Shown in pieces: positions 43,644 to 53,034 of a DNA stretch of 64,000 nt (position 1 is its first letter; the number at the start of each line of letters is the position of its first letter). Made by a program: the position numbers and the translations under genes. Below the pieces are notes generated by a model. That model saw only the letters and a list, made by a program, of their open reading frames with translations. It ran no database searches and was not told the DNA's origin. Source of the stretch: Hyphomicrobiales bacterium (GTDB taxonomy: Bacteria > Pseudomonadota > Alphaproteobacteria > Rhizobiales > UBA4765); contig JAIEPZ010000018.1 of assembly GCA_019748135.1 (NCBI GenBank), positions 12,902 to 76,901 of the forward strand, read 5' to 3'.

Positions 43644-44893
43644 TGAAAGAAATTGTCTCATTGTCTGAAGTCGCGGCGCCTGCACGCCAATTTGCCCCGG
43701 CAAGCGCCATGGTCATTGCTCTCTCCATCGGCCAGGTGGTCTCCTGGGGCACGCTTTTCTACGCGTTCACTCTGTTTATCGTCCCCATGGAAGCCGAATT
43801 CGGCTGGAGCCGCACCGAACTCAACGGCGCCCTGTCGCTTGGCCTGTTGGCTTCCGCCGTCATGGCCCTTCCCGCCGGTACGCTGATCGACCGTTTTGGT
43901 GGACGCTGGATCATGGGCATCTGCGCTGTTTTGGGCGCGGCATGCCTGGCGCTGTGGTCGATGATCAGCGATCTCACGAGCTTTTACCTGCTGTGGATCG
44001 TCATCGGCATGCTGCATGCCGGCACATTGTACGAACCAGCCTTCGCCGTCCTGACCGCCAATGTCCGCGACTACAAGCGCGCCATCACATTCATGACCTT
44101 TTTCGGCGGCTTTGCCTCGACCGTCTTCATTCCGCTCACCCATCTTCTCATTGATCATTTCGGCTGGCGCCAGGCGCTGTTAGCGCTCGCAATCATCCAA
44201 CTCGCCATCCCCGGTATCTTCAACATCCTCATGCTGTCGGGAACACGCGGCAGCATGAGCGGCGAAACCATCACCCCGTCTGCGCCGCAGGAACGCTCAC
44301 CCTTGACCAGCGCGCTGCGCCAACCCGCCTTCTGGGGTCTGTCGCTGGCATTGACAGCCTATGCGCTCCTCTTCTCCGGGCTCACCTTTCATATGATCCC
44401 TCTGCTGAGTGAGCGCGGCGTCAGTCTTGATCAGACGGTGGCTGCGGTTGCCCTCATCGGCCCCTCGCAGGTTGGCGGGCGGCTGATCCTCTTCTTTTTC
44501 GCCACCAACGCCTCGGCGCGCGCCCTTGGCAAAGTCGTCTTCCTCATGCCGATCCTTGCCATGATCTTGCTGATCGCCGCTCCGCCTTTCGGCTTTCCGG
44601 GACTGGTCGCATTCGCCTTCGTCTACGGCCTTGGCAATGGCATGATCACCATCGTGCGCGGCGCCGGTGTCGCAGAAATCTTCGGCACGCGCGGCTATGG
44701 TGCCATTTCAGGCGCATTGACCCTGGTCACCAATCTCGCCAAGGCCATCGCCCCCCTGCTCCTCGCCTTCCTGTGGCAGATCGGCGAGAATTACCAGACG
44801 CCGCTGCATATTTTCCTGGTCATTACCTGCATCGGCGCCGCCGCCTTCTGGTTTGCGGCCATCACGGCAAAAAACATAGAAATACAAAAGTAA
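43643..44893 (+). CDS. MFS transporter
   Basis: 416 aa, ~12 TM segments, with a 'GTLIDRFGGR' loop 2-3 motif. Confidence 0.85.
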   Translation: MKEIVSLSEVAAPARQFAPASAMVIALSIGQVVSWGTLFYAFTLFIVPMEAEFGWSRTELNGALSLGLLASAVMALPAGTLIDRFGGRWIMGICAVLGAACLALWSMISDLTSFYLLWIVIGMLHAGTLYEPAFAVLTANVRDYKRAITFMTFFGGFASTVFIPLTHLLIDHFGWRQALLALAIIQLAIPGIFNILMLSGTRGSMSGETITPSAPQERSPLTSALRQPAFWGLSLALTAYALLFSGLTFHMIPLLSERGVSLDQTVAAVALIGPSQVGGRLILFFFATNASARALGKVVFLMPILAMILLIAAPPFGFPGLVAFAFVYGLGNGMITIVRGAGVAEIFGTRGYGAISGALTLVTNLAKAIAPLLLAFLWQIGENYQTPLHIFLVITCIGAAAFWFAAITAKNIEIQK

Positions 44894-45015
44894 TTAAATA
44901 TTGCATTTGATTTAAGTTTTAGTAATAACCATATATACTTATTATAATTGTTGCATTGTGTTGCAAATATTGGATTGTCCGTGCCATGTTTTATTTAAAC
45001 AACGGCGAGGACGAT

Positions 45016-45660
45016 ATGATGACACGCAAATATTTAAGCGCTACCTTCCTGGCAGCAGGTTTGGCCATCGGGCCGGCAATGGCCGATGATCATTCAAATT
45101 TCCATCTCTTTGGTTTCGGCGCGCCGTGCCCCGATTGTTACGTGAAGCAGGTGACACCGGCGCTCAACCATTATGTTCCGACCGAGCTGTCCGTTCGCCA
45201 ACCCCGCCCTGTCGTGCGCCGCGAGCAGGCCCGCTATCAAACCATCGTCGAGAACGTCCTGGTCAAGCCCGAGCGCGTCATTGCCCGCCATGTTCCAGCT
45301 GTCGTCGAAACGCGCCATGAGCGCGTGATGACATCGCCAGCACGCCGCGAATGGCGCCATCAGCGCGACGCCCGCGGGCGCGAGGTTTTGTGCGAGATTG
45401 ACGTTCCAGCCCAATACGCCACCATCGCCCATCAGGTTGAGGTGGCGCCCGCGAGTGTCGAACATGTGACGCTTCCCGCCACCTACCGCCAGCGCACCCG
45501 CCGGGTTCTCGTCGCCCCTGCCCGCACCATCGTGCAACATGCGCCAGCCGAAGTGCACACCATCCCCGTGCTCAGCCCCTACGCGCCCGCAACCAAGCGC
45601 TGGGTGCCCTCAACACATGTCGACTACCAGCCGCGCTCCGCCTATTCCGGGCAGCTTTAA
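45016..45660 (+). CDS. secreted protein with internal V-x-P-A repeat modules (hypothetical)
   Basis: Signal 'MMTRKYLSATFLAAGLAIGPAMA'. Repeats include 'VKPERVIARHVPAVVETRHERV', 'VAPASVEHVTLPATYRQRTRRV' and 'VAPARTIVQHAPAEVHTIPV'. Confidence 0.55.
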   Translation: MMTRKYLSATFLAAGLAIGPAMADDHSNFHLFGFGAPCPDCYVKQVTPALNHYVPTELSVRQPRPVVRREQARYQTIVENVLVKPERVIARHVPAVVETRHERVMTSPARREWRHQRDARGREVLCEIDVPAQYATIAHQVEVAPASVEHVTLPATYRQRTRRVLVAPARTIVQHAPAEVHTIPVLSPYAPATKRWVPSTHVDYQPRSAYSGQL

Positions 45661-47267
45661 CCCTGCCCTCGCCCCGCAAGCGCCGCCAGCGCCTGCGGGG
45701 TATCGACGTCGAGCAGTATGCTGTCATCACGCCACGCTACATCATCGACCGCCTCGTGATGAACACCGAGAAGATGACGAGCGCCGGTGTCCCCGGCAAT
45801 GGCTGCTAATTCGTCGAAATAGCGCCGCGCCCACAACACCGGATGGCCGCGCTTTCCCGAAAACACAGGTGCGATGATCGCCCTGCCCTCGTCAGGCGAA
45901 AAACGCCCCGCCATCTGCCTGATAAGATCAGCACGGATCGCCGGCATATCACCCAGGACAATGAAAGCGCCATCGCAGGAGGCTTCAAGCGCACCGATGC
46001 CACAGCGCAGCGAGCCTGCCATGCCGTCGGCATAATTGGCATTTTCGACGAAGGTCACCGCCAAACCGTCAAGCGCGTCGCGCACCGCATCCGCCTGATG
46101 GCCGATAACCACGACCACCGGCAGGGCAGCTGCCGCCAGCGCCTCGATGACATGACGCACCACCGGCTTGCCGGCATGAATTGCAATGAGCTTGTTGTCG
46201 GCGCCAAAGCGCGTCGAGCGGCCAGCCGCCAGCACCACCGCCGCCAGATGCGGCGGCGCTGTTGCGGCGAGGCTGCCTGCGCGTGGCTGCGGCCGGCTCG
46301 AAATTTCCATCAACAATCCGCCCACACCAAGCCCGGCGATGGTCGAGCTGTCGACGGGGATACCCGCCATCAGACGGGATAACACCATGTCAAAGCCATT
46401 CTCCTTCGGTGAGCGCGCGCAACCTGGCGCGCCGATGACCGCCTTCCCGGCAATATGGCCAAGCAACAGCAGATTGCCCGGATCAACCGGCATGCCAAGA
46501 TGAGCAATCTCTCCCCCGGCTGCCGCTATCGCCGCTGGAATAACATCACGCCGGTCGGATATGGCCGAGGCACCAAAGACGATGATCAGATCGTACAGGG
46601 CGCCAGCCTGTCTCAAAGTGGCCGCCAGCGTCGTTTCCTCATGGGCGATCCGCCATTCGCGGCTGATCCGCGCCCCCATGGCGGCAAGCCGCGCTTTTGT
46701 GACGCGCGTTGTCTTGTCGAGGATTTTTGCCGCAAACCCTGGCGTAATCGTCTGCACCAGCGCGACCTCCCTTCGCCGGAACGGCGCCACCGACATGCCG
46801 CCGCCGGCCGCAGCCATTTCAGCTGCCGCCACCTGCGCCCCGGCAATCCCGTAGGGAATGATCTTGACGGTGCCAACCATGCGCCCGGCTTCCACCGCGC
46901 TGAAGGCCGGCAGGGTCGCCACTGTTATCCCTTCATCAATGGCGTTCGTCGCGGTAATAACAGCGCTGTCGATACGCAACACGCCCGCCGCCTCGGTGAA
47001 GAGATTGACCCTGCCGGTGAACGCCTCCTCACAGCGCAATCCCGCTCCGGCGAGCGCCCGCGCCAGCCGCGCCGCCGCCTCGTTCTCGCCAATGTCCCCC
47101 GCCTCCAGCCGCGCCACGACGAGCGAGGCGATGCCGGCGGCCTCAAGGGCTGCCATGTCCTGGGCCGTCACCACGCCGCCCTTGCGGATGACGTGATCGC
47201 CAGCCTTGAGCGAATGCGCGGCAATGGCACCGAGTGCGTCGCCAACCGCCACCGGCCCGAATTTCAT
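45657..47267 (-). CDS. molybdopterin-binding (MoeA/CinA-like) + MocA-like nucleotidyltransferase fusion
   Basis: The middle contains 'IIVFGASAISDRRDVIP'. The C-terminal 'VVLAAGRSTRFG...NKLI' is an NTP-transferase P-loop. Confidence 0.8.
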   Translation of the reverse strand: MKFGPVAVGDALGAIAAHSLKAGDHVIRKGGVVTAQDMAALEAAGIASLVVARLEAGDIGENEAAARLARALAGAGLRCEEAFTGRVNLFTEAAGVLRIDSAVITATNAIDEGITVATLPAFSAVEAGRMVGTVKIIPYGIAGAQVAAAEMAAAGGGMSVAPFRRREVALVQTITPGFAAKILDKTTRVTKARLAAMGARISREWRIAHEETTLAATLRQAGALYDLIIVFGASAISDRRDVIPAAIAAAGGEIAHLGMPVDPGNLLLLGHIAGKAVIGAPGCARSPKENGFDMVLSRLMAGIPVDSSTIAGLGVGGLLMEISSRPQPRAGSLAATAPPHLAAVVLAAGRSTRFGADNKLIAIHAGKPVVRHVIEALAAAALPVVVVIGHQADAVRDALDGLAVTFVENANYADGMAGSLRCGIGALEASCDGAFIVLGDMPAIRADLIRQMAGRFSPDEGRAIIAPVFSGKRGHPVLWARRYFDELAAIAGDTGARHLLGVHHEAVDDVAWRDDSILLDVDTPQALAALAGRGQG

Positions 47268-47959
47268 CGCCCCGCCTCATCACCACGCCGCAAGGTGCGG
47301 ATCACTTCCGCCAGCACCGCCACCGCGATTTCAGCCGGCGCCCGCCCGCCCAGATCAAGGCCAATCGGCGCATGAATGCGACCGAAGCGTATGTCATCGA
47401 TACCAGCAGAAGCAAGCCTTGCGTACCGCGCACCATGGGTTTTGCGTGAGCCCAGCGCACCCACATAAAAGCACTCGGCGTTGAGGGCGGCGATAAGGGC
47501 AGGATCGTCGATCTTCGGGTCGTGCGTCAGCGTCGCCACGCCCGTATAGCGGTCAAGCCCAAGGCGCGGCAGGGCATCCTGCGGCCATTGCGCCTCAACC
47601 GCGATACCAGGAAAACGCTCCGGCGTTGCAAAAGCACTGCGCGGATCGATGATGATGACGTCATAGCCTGCCATCTTCGCCATTGGCGCCAATGTCTGCG
47701 TGACATGAACCGCACCGATAATGACAAGGCGAGGTGGTGGTACGAAGACATTGAGAAAGCGCGGACCGTCTTTGGTCTCGGCCATGCCACTCGTGCCCGA
47801 GCGGAAGCGCGCCACTACCTCGTCATAAAGCGGATCGCTTGCCTCAAGCGTCGCCTCATCGATAAAGCGTTCGCTGCCACCCGCCAGATCCTGCACCAGC
47901 AGGCCGGCACGCCGCCCGGCGCGCGCGGTATTGAGCGCGACAAGATCGCTGAGGCGCAT
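47264..47959 (-). CDS. XdhC/CoxI-family maturation protein (Rossmann C-domain type)
   Basis: 'PRLVIIGAVHVTQTLAPMAKMAGYDVIIIDPR' and 'YVGALGSRKTH'. Confidence 0.85.
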   Translation of the reverse strand: MRLSDLVALNTARAGRRAGLLVQDLAGGSERFIDEATLEASDPLYDEVVARFRSGTSGMAETKDGPRFLNVFVPPPRLVIIGAVHVTQTLAPMAKMAGYDVIIIDPRSAFATPERFPGIAVEAQWPQDALPRLGLDRYTGVATLTHDPKIDDPALIAALNAECFYVGALGSRKTHGARYARLASAGIDDIRFGRIHAPIGLDLGGRAPAEIAVAVLAEVIRTLRRGDEAGR

Positions 47960-47962
47960 CGC

Positions 47963-48595
47963 TCAACTCCGTTCAAACGCCAGCCGGACACCAAGCCCGG
48001 CCATGAGCGCTCCCCCGATCCATCTGAACCATCGCTGCGCCCGCTCGGCCCGACGCACAGCGCCGATCACGCGCGAGGTTAGGACAACAGTGACGATATC
48101 CGCCAGGCCAAACATCACATTGACCACCACACCGAGAATGAGGAATTGCGCCCATATGGGAAAATAGGCCGCCGGATCAACAAATTGCGGCAGGAAGGCC
48201 ACGTAAAACAGGGCAGCCTTGGGATTGAGAATCTCTACCAGCATGCTTTCGGCAAAGACACGCTGGCTGCTCTTGACACTGACCGGTGCTGCTTCACCCT
48301 GCTCGCCACCGCCCCGGATCAATCCGATACCGACCCAGATCAGATAAAGGGCACCGAAAATCTTCAGCACGATATAGAGCGTCGGGATAAGGGCAAAAAG
48401 CGCCGCCAGTCCCATCGCCGCCGCCGCCACATGGACATAACCGCCCACATGTATTCCCAGCGCCGCCAGCAGGCCGCCGCGCGCGCCACGGGCCATCGTC
48501 TGTGCGGCGGTATAGAGAATGGCCGGCCCGGGAATGGCGGCAAATAGGAATGTGGCGATCATAAAGGCAATCAGAACTTCGCTTGACGCCATCAC
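47963..48595 (-). CDS. LysE/RhtB family amino-acid exporter
   Basis: 'IPGPAILYTAAQTMARG' and 'LNPKAALFYVAFLPQF'. 6-TM profile. Confidence 0.85.
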   Translation of the reverse strand: MMASSEVLIAFMIATFLFAAIPGPAILYTAAQTMARGARGGLLAALGIHVGGYVHVAAAAMGLAALFALIPTLYIVLKIFGALYLIWVGIGLIRGGGEQGEAAPVSVKSSQRVFAESMLVEILNPKAALFYVAFLPQFVDPAAYFPIWAQFLILGVVVNVMFGLADIVTVVLTSRVIGAVRRAERAQRWFRWIGGALMAGLGVRLAFERS

Positions 48596-48909
48596 TCCAC
48601 CCTCTCAACCAAAATTCTGATGCGACCGCCACAGGACAGCCCAACCCGCCACGCCGTCTCGTCCGCCACCCCGAATTCAAGAAGGCGCGGCCGGCCGTCG
48701 GCGATCACCTCCATGGCGCCCGCCACCACCTCGCCTTCGACGCAGCCACCCGATACCGAGCCAAGAAAATGGCCGCTCTCGTCAATCGCCAATTGCGCAC
48801 CCGCACCGCGCGGCGCTGACCCCCAGGTTTCAACCACGGTTGCAATTGCCACCCCCTTGCCGGCCTGGCGCCAGGAAGCCGCAGCATCGAGCAGATCAGG
48901 CTGATCCAT
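48592..48909 (-). CDS. XdhC/CoxI N-terminal-domain protein
   Basis: 'VAIATVVETWGSAPRGAGAQLAIDESGHFLGSVSGGCVEGEV'. GGAG lies upstream of the ATG at 48909. Confidence 0.8.
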   Translation of the reverse strand: MDQPDLLDAAASWRQAGKGVAIATVVETWGSAPRGAGAQLAIDESGHFLGSVSGGCVEGEVVAGAMEVIADGRPRLLEFGVADETAWRVGLSCGGRIRILVERVE

Positions 48910-48922
48910 GATTCTCTCCTTT

Positions 48923-50143
48923 TCAGGCGGCACGCTGGCGCCAGTCGCGCATATCGATTGCTTGATCAACCGGCCGCGACAGAGCCTGCACCAGATCGGC
49001 AATGCTGGTTAGATCATGAACCGGCCGGAATTCGTCCACATGCGCCAGCATGGCACGGATGCCGCGGGCGCGCGGCTCGAAACCATCATAGCGCAGAAGC
49101 GGATTAAGCCAGATGAGGCGCCGGCATGAGCGATGAAGCCGTGCCATTTCCTCATCGAGCCCGTGATCATCGCGCTCAAGCCCGTCGCTCACCAGAAGCA
49201 CAATCGCCCCTTGCCCCAGCACGCGGCGCGACCAGTGGCGATTAAACTGATGAAGGGAAGTCGCAATACGCGTGCCCCCTGACCAGTCGGGCACCGCCGC
49301 CGAACAGGCGGCAATCGCCTCATCCACATCCTTGTGGCGCAGGGACCGGGTGATGTTGGTGAGCCGCGTGCCAAACAGGAAGCTGTGCACCTGTCCACGC
49401 TCAGCCGAGAGCGCATGAAGGAAATGCAGGAAGATTCGCGTGTACTGGCTCATCGAGCCGGAGATGTCGCATAACGCCACAATCGGCGGCCGGCGGATGC
49501 CGTGATCGCGGCGCTTGAGGTCGATGAGCGCTCCGCCTGCGCGAAGCGACGCGCGCAAGGTCCGACGTGGATCAATCAGCCGTCCGCGAACGGCAGGTTT
49601 CAGACGGCGCGTCACCTGCTCATCGACCGACAGGCGCAATCGCGAAATCGCCTTGGCCGCCAGCGCCAATTCCTCGGCGCTCATCTGCTCGAAATCCTTG
49701 CGTTGCAGGATTTCGGCGTCCGACACCGTAAAGGTCGCATCGATATCCAGTCTAGGCTTCTTGGGCTTCTGCTGGTCGCGGATGGCCGAGAACAGCGCAT
49801 CCTGCACGCGACGCATTGCCGTCTCCGCCTTGCGCTGGCGCGGATCCTCCATCGCCGGCAGCATCATCGCCATCAGGCGCTCGAGATAGCCGCGCTTCTT
49901 CCAGAAGAGGCGGAATGCCTGATCAAAGAGCGGACTATGCTCATGCTTGCGCACGAGGAGGGCGTGGAGTGTCCAGTAAAAATCCTGCTTGTCGCCGATC
50001 CCTGCGGCTTCAATGCCCCTGACCGCGTCGATCACCATTCCAGGCCCGATCGGCAGGCCGGCAACACGCAGCGCACGGGCGAAATAAGCAATGTTTTCGC
50101 CAAGCCTGCCATCCTCGCCCTCGATGGTCTCGGGCGCGTTCAC
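48923..50143 (-). CDS. VWA-domain protein (CoxE-like)
   Basis: MIDAS 'VALCDISGSM' and conserved 'LNPLLRYDGFEP'. Confidence 0.85.
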   Translation of the reverse strand: MNAPETIEGEDGRLGENIAYFARALRVAGLPIGPGMVIDAVRGIEAAGIGDKQDFYWTLHALLVRKHEHSPLFDQAFRLFWKKRGYLERLMAMMLPAMEDPRQRKAETAMRRVQDALFSAIRDQQKPKKPRLDIDATFTVSDAEILQRKDFEQMSAEELALAAKAISRLRLSVDEQVTRRLKPAVRGRLIDPRRTLRASLRAGGALIDLKRRDHGIRRPPIVALCDISGSMSQYTRIFLHFLHALSAERGQVHSFLFGTRLTNITRSLRHKDVDEAIAACSAAVPDWSGGTRIATSLHQFNRHWSRRVLGQGAIVLLVSDGLERDDHGLDEEMARLHRSCRRLIWLNPLLRYDGFEPRARGIRAMLAHVDEFRPVHDLTSIADLVQALSRPVDQAIDMRDWRQRAA

Positions 50144-51054
50144 GCCTTCAGTTCCGCCCGCACATCATCAAGCAGCTGGGCCGCTCGCGACCCCGCGATC
50201 TTGCTGATGTCATCCTGATATTTGAGGATAACTCCAAGCGTGTCCGACACCAGGGCCGGATCGAGCGCCACCTTGTCCAGTTCAACCAGCGCGGATGCCC
50301 AGTCAAGCGTCTCGGCAACGCCAGGCACCTTGAAGAGATCTTCCTTGCGGATTGCCTGCACGAAAGCGACGATTTCACGCGACAATCGTTTGGGCACACC
50401 CGGCACTTTCGCTGACAGGATCGCCAGTTCGCGCGCCGCATCGGGATAATCGACCCAGTGATAAAGACAGCGGCGTTTCAGCGCGTCGTGGATTTCACGG
50501 GTGCGGTTTGAGGTAAGAATGACAATCGGCGCGGCGGCAGCCTTGATGGTCCCAAGCTCGGGGATCGTCACCTGAAAATCGGCCAGAATTTCCAGCAGAA
50601 ACGCTTCAAACGCTTCGTCGGTACGGTCAAGCTCATCTATCAGCAGCACCGGAGGGCCGGCGGAGTCCGCCTTCAGCGCCTGGAGCAGCGGTCGCTCGAT
50701 GAGAAAGCGCTGCGAGAACACGTCGGCTGCGAGCTTGTCGCGGCTGGCCAGGCCGCCTGCCTCGGCAAGCCTGATCTCGATCATCTGCGCCGCATAATTC
50801 CACTCATAGACGGCGGAGGCGACATCAAGCCCCTCATAGCATTGCAGGCGGATGAGGCGCCGCCCGAGCCCCTGCGCCAGCACCTTGGCAATCTCCGTCT
50901 TGCCCACACCCGCCTCCCCTTCGAGAAGAAGCGGACGGCCAAGCTTGAGCGCCAGAAAAATGACGGTGGCAAGCGAGCGGTCGGCGACGTAATCGGCGTT
51001 GCCGAGCAGCGCCAGCGTATCGTCGATGGATTGAGGCAAGGCGATCTGTGTCAT
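50140..51054 (-). CDS. MoxR-type AAA+ ATPase (CoxD-like)
   Basis: Walker A 'GEAGVGKTEIAK' and Walker B 'VLLIDELDR'. Start set at the ATG at 51054. Confidence 0.9.
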   Translation of the reverse strand: MTQIALPQSIDDTLALLGNADYVADRSLATVIFLALKLGRPLLLEGEAGVGKTEIAKVLAQGLGRRLIRLQCYEGLDVASAVYEWNYAAQMIEIRLAEAGGLASRDKLAADVFSQRFLIERPLLQALKADSAGPPVLLIDELDRTDEAFEAFLLEILADFQVTIPELGTIKAAAAPIVILTSNRTREIHDALKRRCLYHWVDYPDAARELAILSAKVPGVPKRLSREIVAFVQAIRKEDLFKVPGVAETLDWASALVELDKVALDPALVSDTLGVILKYQDDISKIAGSRAAQLLDDVRAELKA

Positions 51055-51104
51055 ATGGCTTATCTTAGCTTTGTTGGCGCTAAAGCAAAGCACCCCGGAA
51101 AATT

Positions 51105-51698
51105 TTATAGCGTGCGCGATTTCCAGAAAAACCACAGGGCCACCAACGCCAGCAGGCAAGCCGCGATCCGCCGCACAGCCCTCTCATTGCCTGGCGTGAG
51201 CGCGACACGATGCAGCCCGGCGGCGGCAACGACAATCATTAGATGAACAAGCGTGGCGATGGCGACATAGACGCCAACATGGATCGCCAGCCCCGCCCGA
51301 TCGGCCATGCCGGCTGCCTCGGCAAAGGGCGGCAGCACGGTGAGGTAGAACAGCGCCGCCTTGGGATTGAGAAGATTGGTAACCAGCCCCTGGCGGAAAT
51401 TTCGCCCGCCTTCCGCTGCCTGTTGCGGGGAAGGATCGCGCCAGGCATCATAGGCAAGATAAAAAAGAAAAGCCGCGCCGCCATAACGAAGCCCTGTCGC
51501 CACAGCGGGCACCTGATCAACCAAAGGTGCCAGCCCCGAAATGGCCAGCAACCCGACCATCGCCAGGCCGATCATCACGCCCGCCACCGCAAACAGGCCA
51601 GCCCGCATGCCGCGCGCCATCACCAGCGCCACGAGATATCCCATATTGGGACCCGGCGTCAGCTCGATGAGCAGTGAAACAAAAGCAAATTCGAGCAC
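51105..51698 (-). CDS. LysE/RhtB family amino-acid exporter (second copy)
   Basis: 'TPGPNMGYLVALVMARG' and 'LNPKAALFYLTVLPPF'. Confidence 0.85.
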   Translation of the reverse strand: MLEFAFVSLLIELTPGPNMGYLVALVMARGMRAGLFAVAGVMIGLAMVGLLAISGLAPLVDQVPAVATGLRYGGAAFLFYLAYDAWRDPSPQQAAEGGRNFRQGLVTNLLNPKAALFYLTVLPPFAEAAGMADRAGLAIHVGVYVAIATLVHLMIVVAAAGLHRVALTPGNERAVRRIAACLLALVALWFFWKSRTL

Positions 51699-51739
51699 GA
51701 CACCTCGGCATTTGGAACGAAGGCGCGCAACCCTTCCAC

Positions 51740-52102
51740 TTACCCCATAGAATAAAAGAAGCGTTCCTCAGAGATTTTGCCGTCCTTTACAGTGTAAAGG
51801 CCGATTTCGTCCATCTCCATGCGCTTGCCGCTCTCTTTCGCCGTCACATCAATCGAGAAGTGCACAGCAAAAGCAGAACCATTGATATAAGGGCCCCGCG
51901 CTTCCGATTTATGCATCTCGTGATTGGCATACCACCAATCGCTCTTCGCCTTGACTGCCGCCGTCCCCTTGCACACCGCCATGTCGCCATCCATCGCTTC
52001 ATAACTGACGATGTCGGGCGAATTATATTTGGCGGCCGCGCCTTGATGATCGCCTGCCTTGAGGAGGGCAACAAAATCTTGGGCCAGTGCGTGGATATCC
52101 AT
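51740..52102 (-). CDS. SnoaL-like / NTF2-fold protein
   Basis: 120 aa with an alpha+beta cone-like pattern and C-terminal 'VKDGKISEERFFY'. Confidence 0.62.
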   Translation of the reverse strand: MDIHALAQDFVALLKAGDHQGAAAKYNSPDIVSYEAMDGDMAVCKGTAAVKAKSDWWYANHEMHKSEARGPYINGSAFAVHFSIDVTAKESGKRMEMDEIGLYTVKDGKISEERFFYSMG

Positions 52103-52189
52103 GAGGGGCTCCTGTCATTGTTACGAATGCGGCTATCACAATCATCAAAAATGAAGAGGTGATGACGGACCTGCCATCACCTCCTCAGC

Positions 52190-52984
52190 TCACGCTGCCG
52201 CAACCGCCCGCGCCGTCATGACGGCGATCAGATGAGCCCTGTATTCGGGCGAAGCATGGATATCACCATTAAGACCGCTGGCGCTGATCGACAGGCCTTC
52301 GAGTGATTTCACCGAAAAACGCTTCGACAGCGCTGCCTCCGCCTCGCTCCAGCGGAAGACGCCGTTTGAGCCAGCGCCCGTGACGGTAACGCGGATATCG
52401 CGCCCGCGCTTGGCCACGAACACGCCAACAAGCGCGTAGCGCGAGGCGGGGTTGCGGAATTTCTGGTAGGCGGCGCGCGAGGGCATGGGGAAGGCGATTT
52501 TGGTGATCACCTCATCCTCTTCAAGCGCGGTCGTGAACAGGCCGGCGAAAAACTCGTCAGCCGCGAGTTTACGCTTGTTGGTGTGGATGGTCGCACCCAG
52601 TGCCAGCACCGCAGCAGGATAATCAGCCGCCGGATCGTTATTGGCGACCGATCCGCCGATGGTGCCGCGATGACGAACCGCCGGATCGCCAATGCCACCG
52701 GCCAGAGCCGCAAGCGCCGGGATATTGTCGCGGACAAGCGCCGATGAAGCGACGGACGCATGCGTGGCCATGGCGCCGATGACGATGCGCCGGCCCTTCT
52801 GTTCGATGTTTTTCAGATCATCAATCTGGCTGAGATCAACGATATGATCGGGCGAAGCAAGCCTCTGCTTCATGGTCGGTAACAGCGTCTGGCCGCCGGC
52901 AAGCAGCTTGGCGTTTTCCTTTGTGGCAAGCGCCTTGGACGCGCCCCTGACGGAACCGGGACGAAGATAGGTGAATGCGTACAT
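52190..52984 (-). CDS. xanthine dehydrogenase family FAD-binding subunit (CoxM-like)
   Basis: 'LLAGGQTLLPTMK' and 'RHRGTIGGSVANNDPAADYPA'. Confidence 0.9.
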   Translation of the reverse strand: MYAFTYLRPGSVRGASKALATKENAKLLAGGQTLLPTMKQRLASPDHIVDLSQIDDLKNIEQKGRRIVIGAMATHASVASSALVRDNIPALAALAGGIGDPAVRHRGTIGGSVANNDPAADYPAAVLALGATIHTNKRKLAADEFFAGLFTTALEEDEVITKIAFPMPSRAAYQKFRNPASRYALVGVFVAKRGRDIRVTVTGAGSNGVFRWSEAEAALSKRFSVKSLEGLSISASGLNGDIHASPEYRAHLIAVMTARAVAAA

Positions 52985-53034
52985 GGTGATCTCCTGGGAT
53001 CAGAATTCCGAAACGTAACGTCTTCAAGGCTGCC

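Noticed and set aside
47264-48909. Split XdhC (N-domain gene and Rossmann-domain gene) as a pseudogene disrupted by LysE insertion.
   Set aside because: Each XdhC gene has its own start codon; I checked a Shine-Dalgarno sequence only for the N-domain gene (GGAG before the ATG at 48909). Junctions are precise ATGA or 3-nt couplings, and the LysE gene is intact. The second XdhC protein retains its own short N-terminal segment. This looks like a designed operon, not decay.
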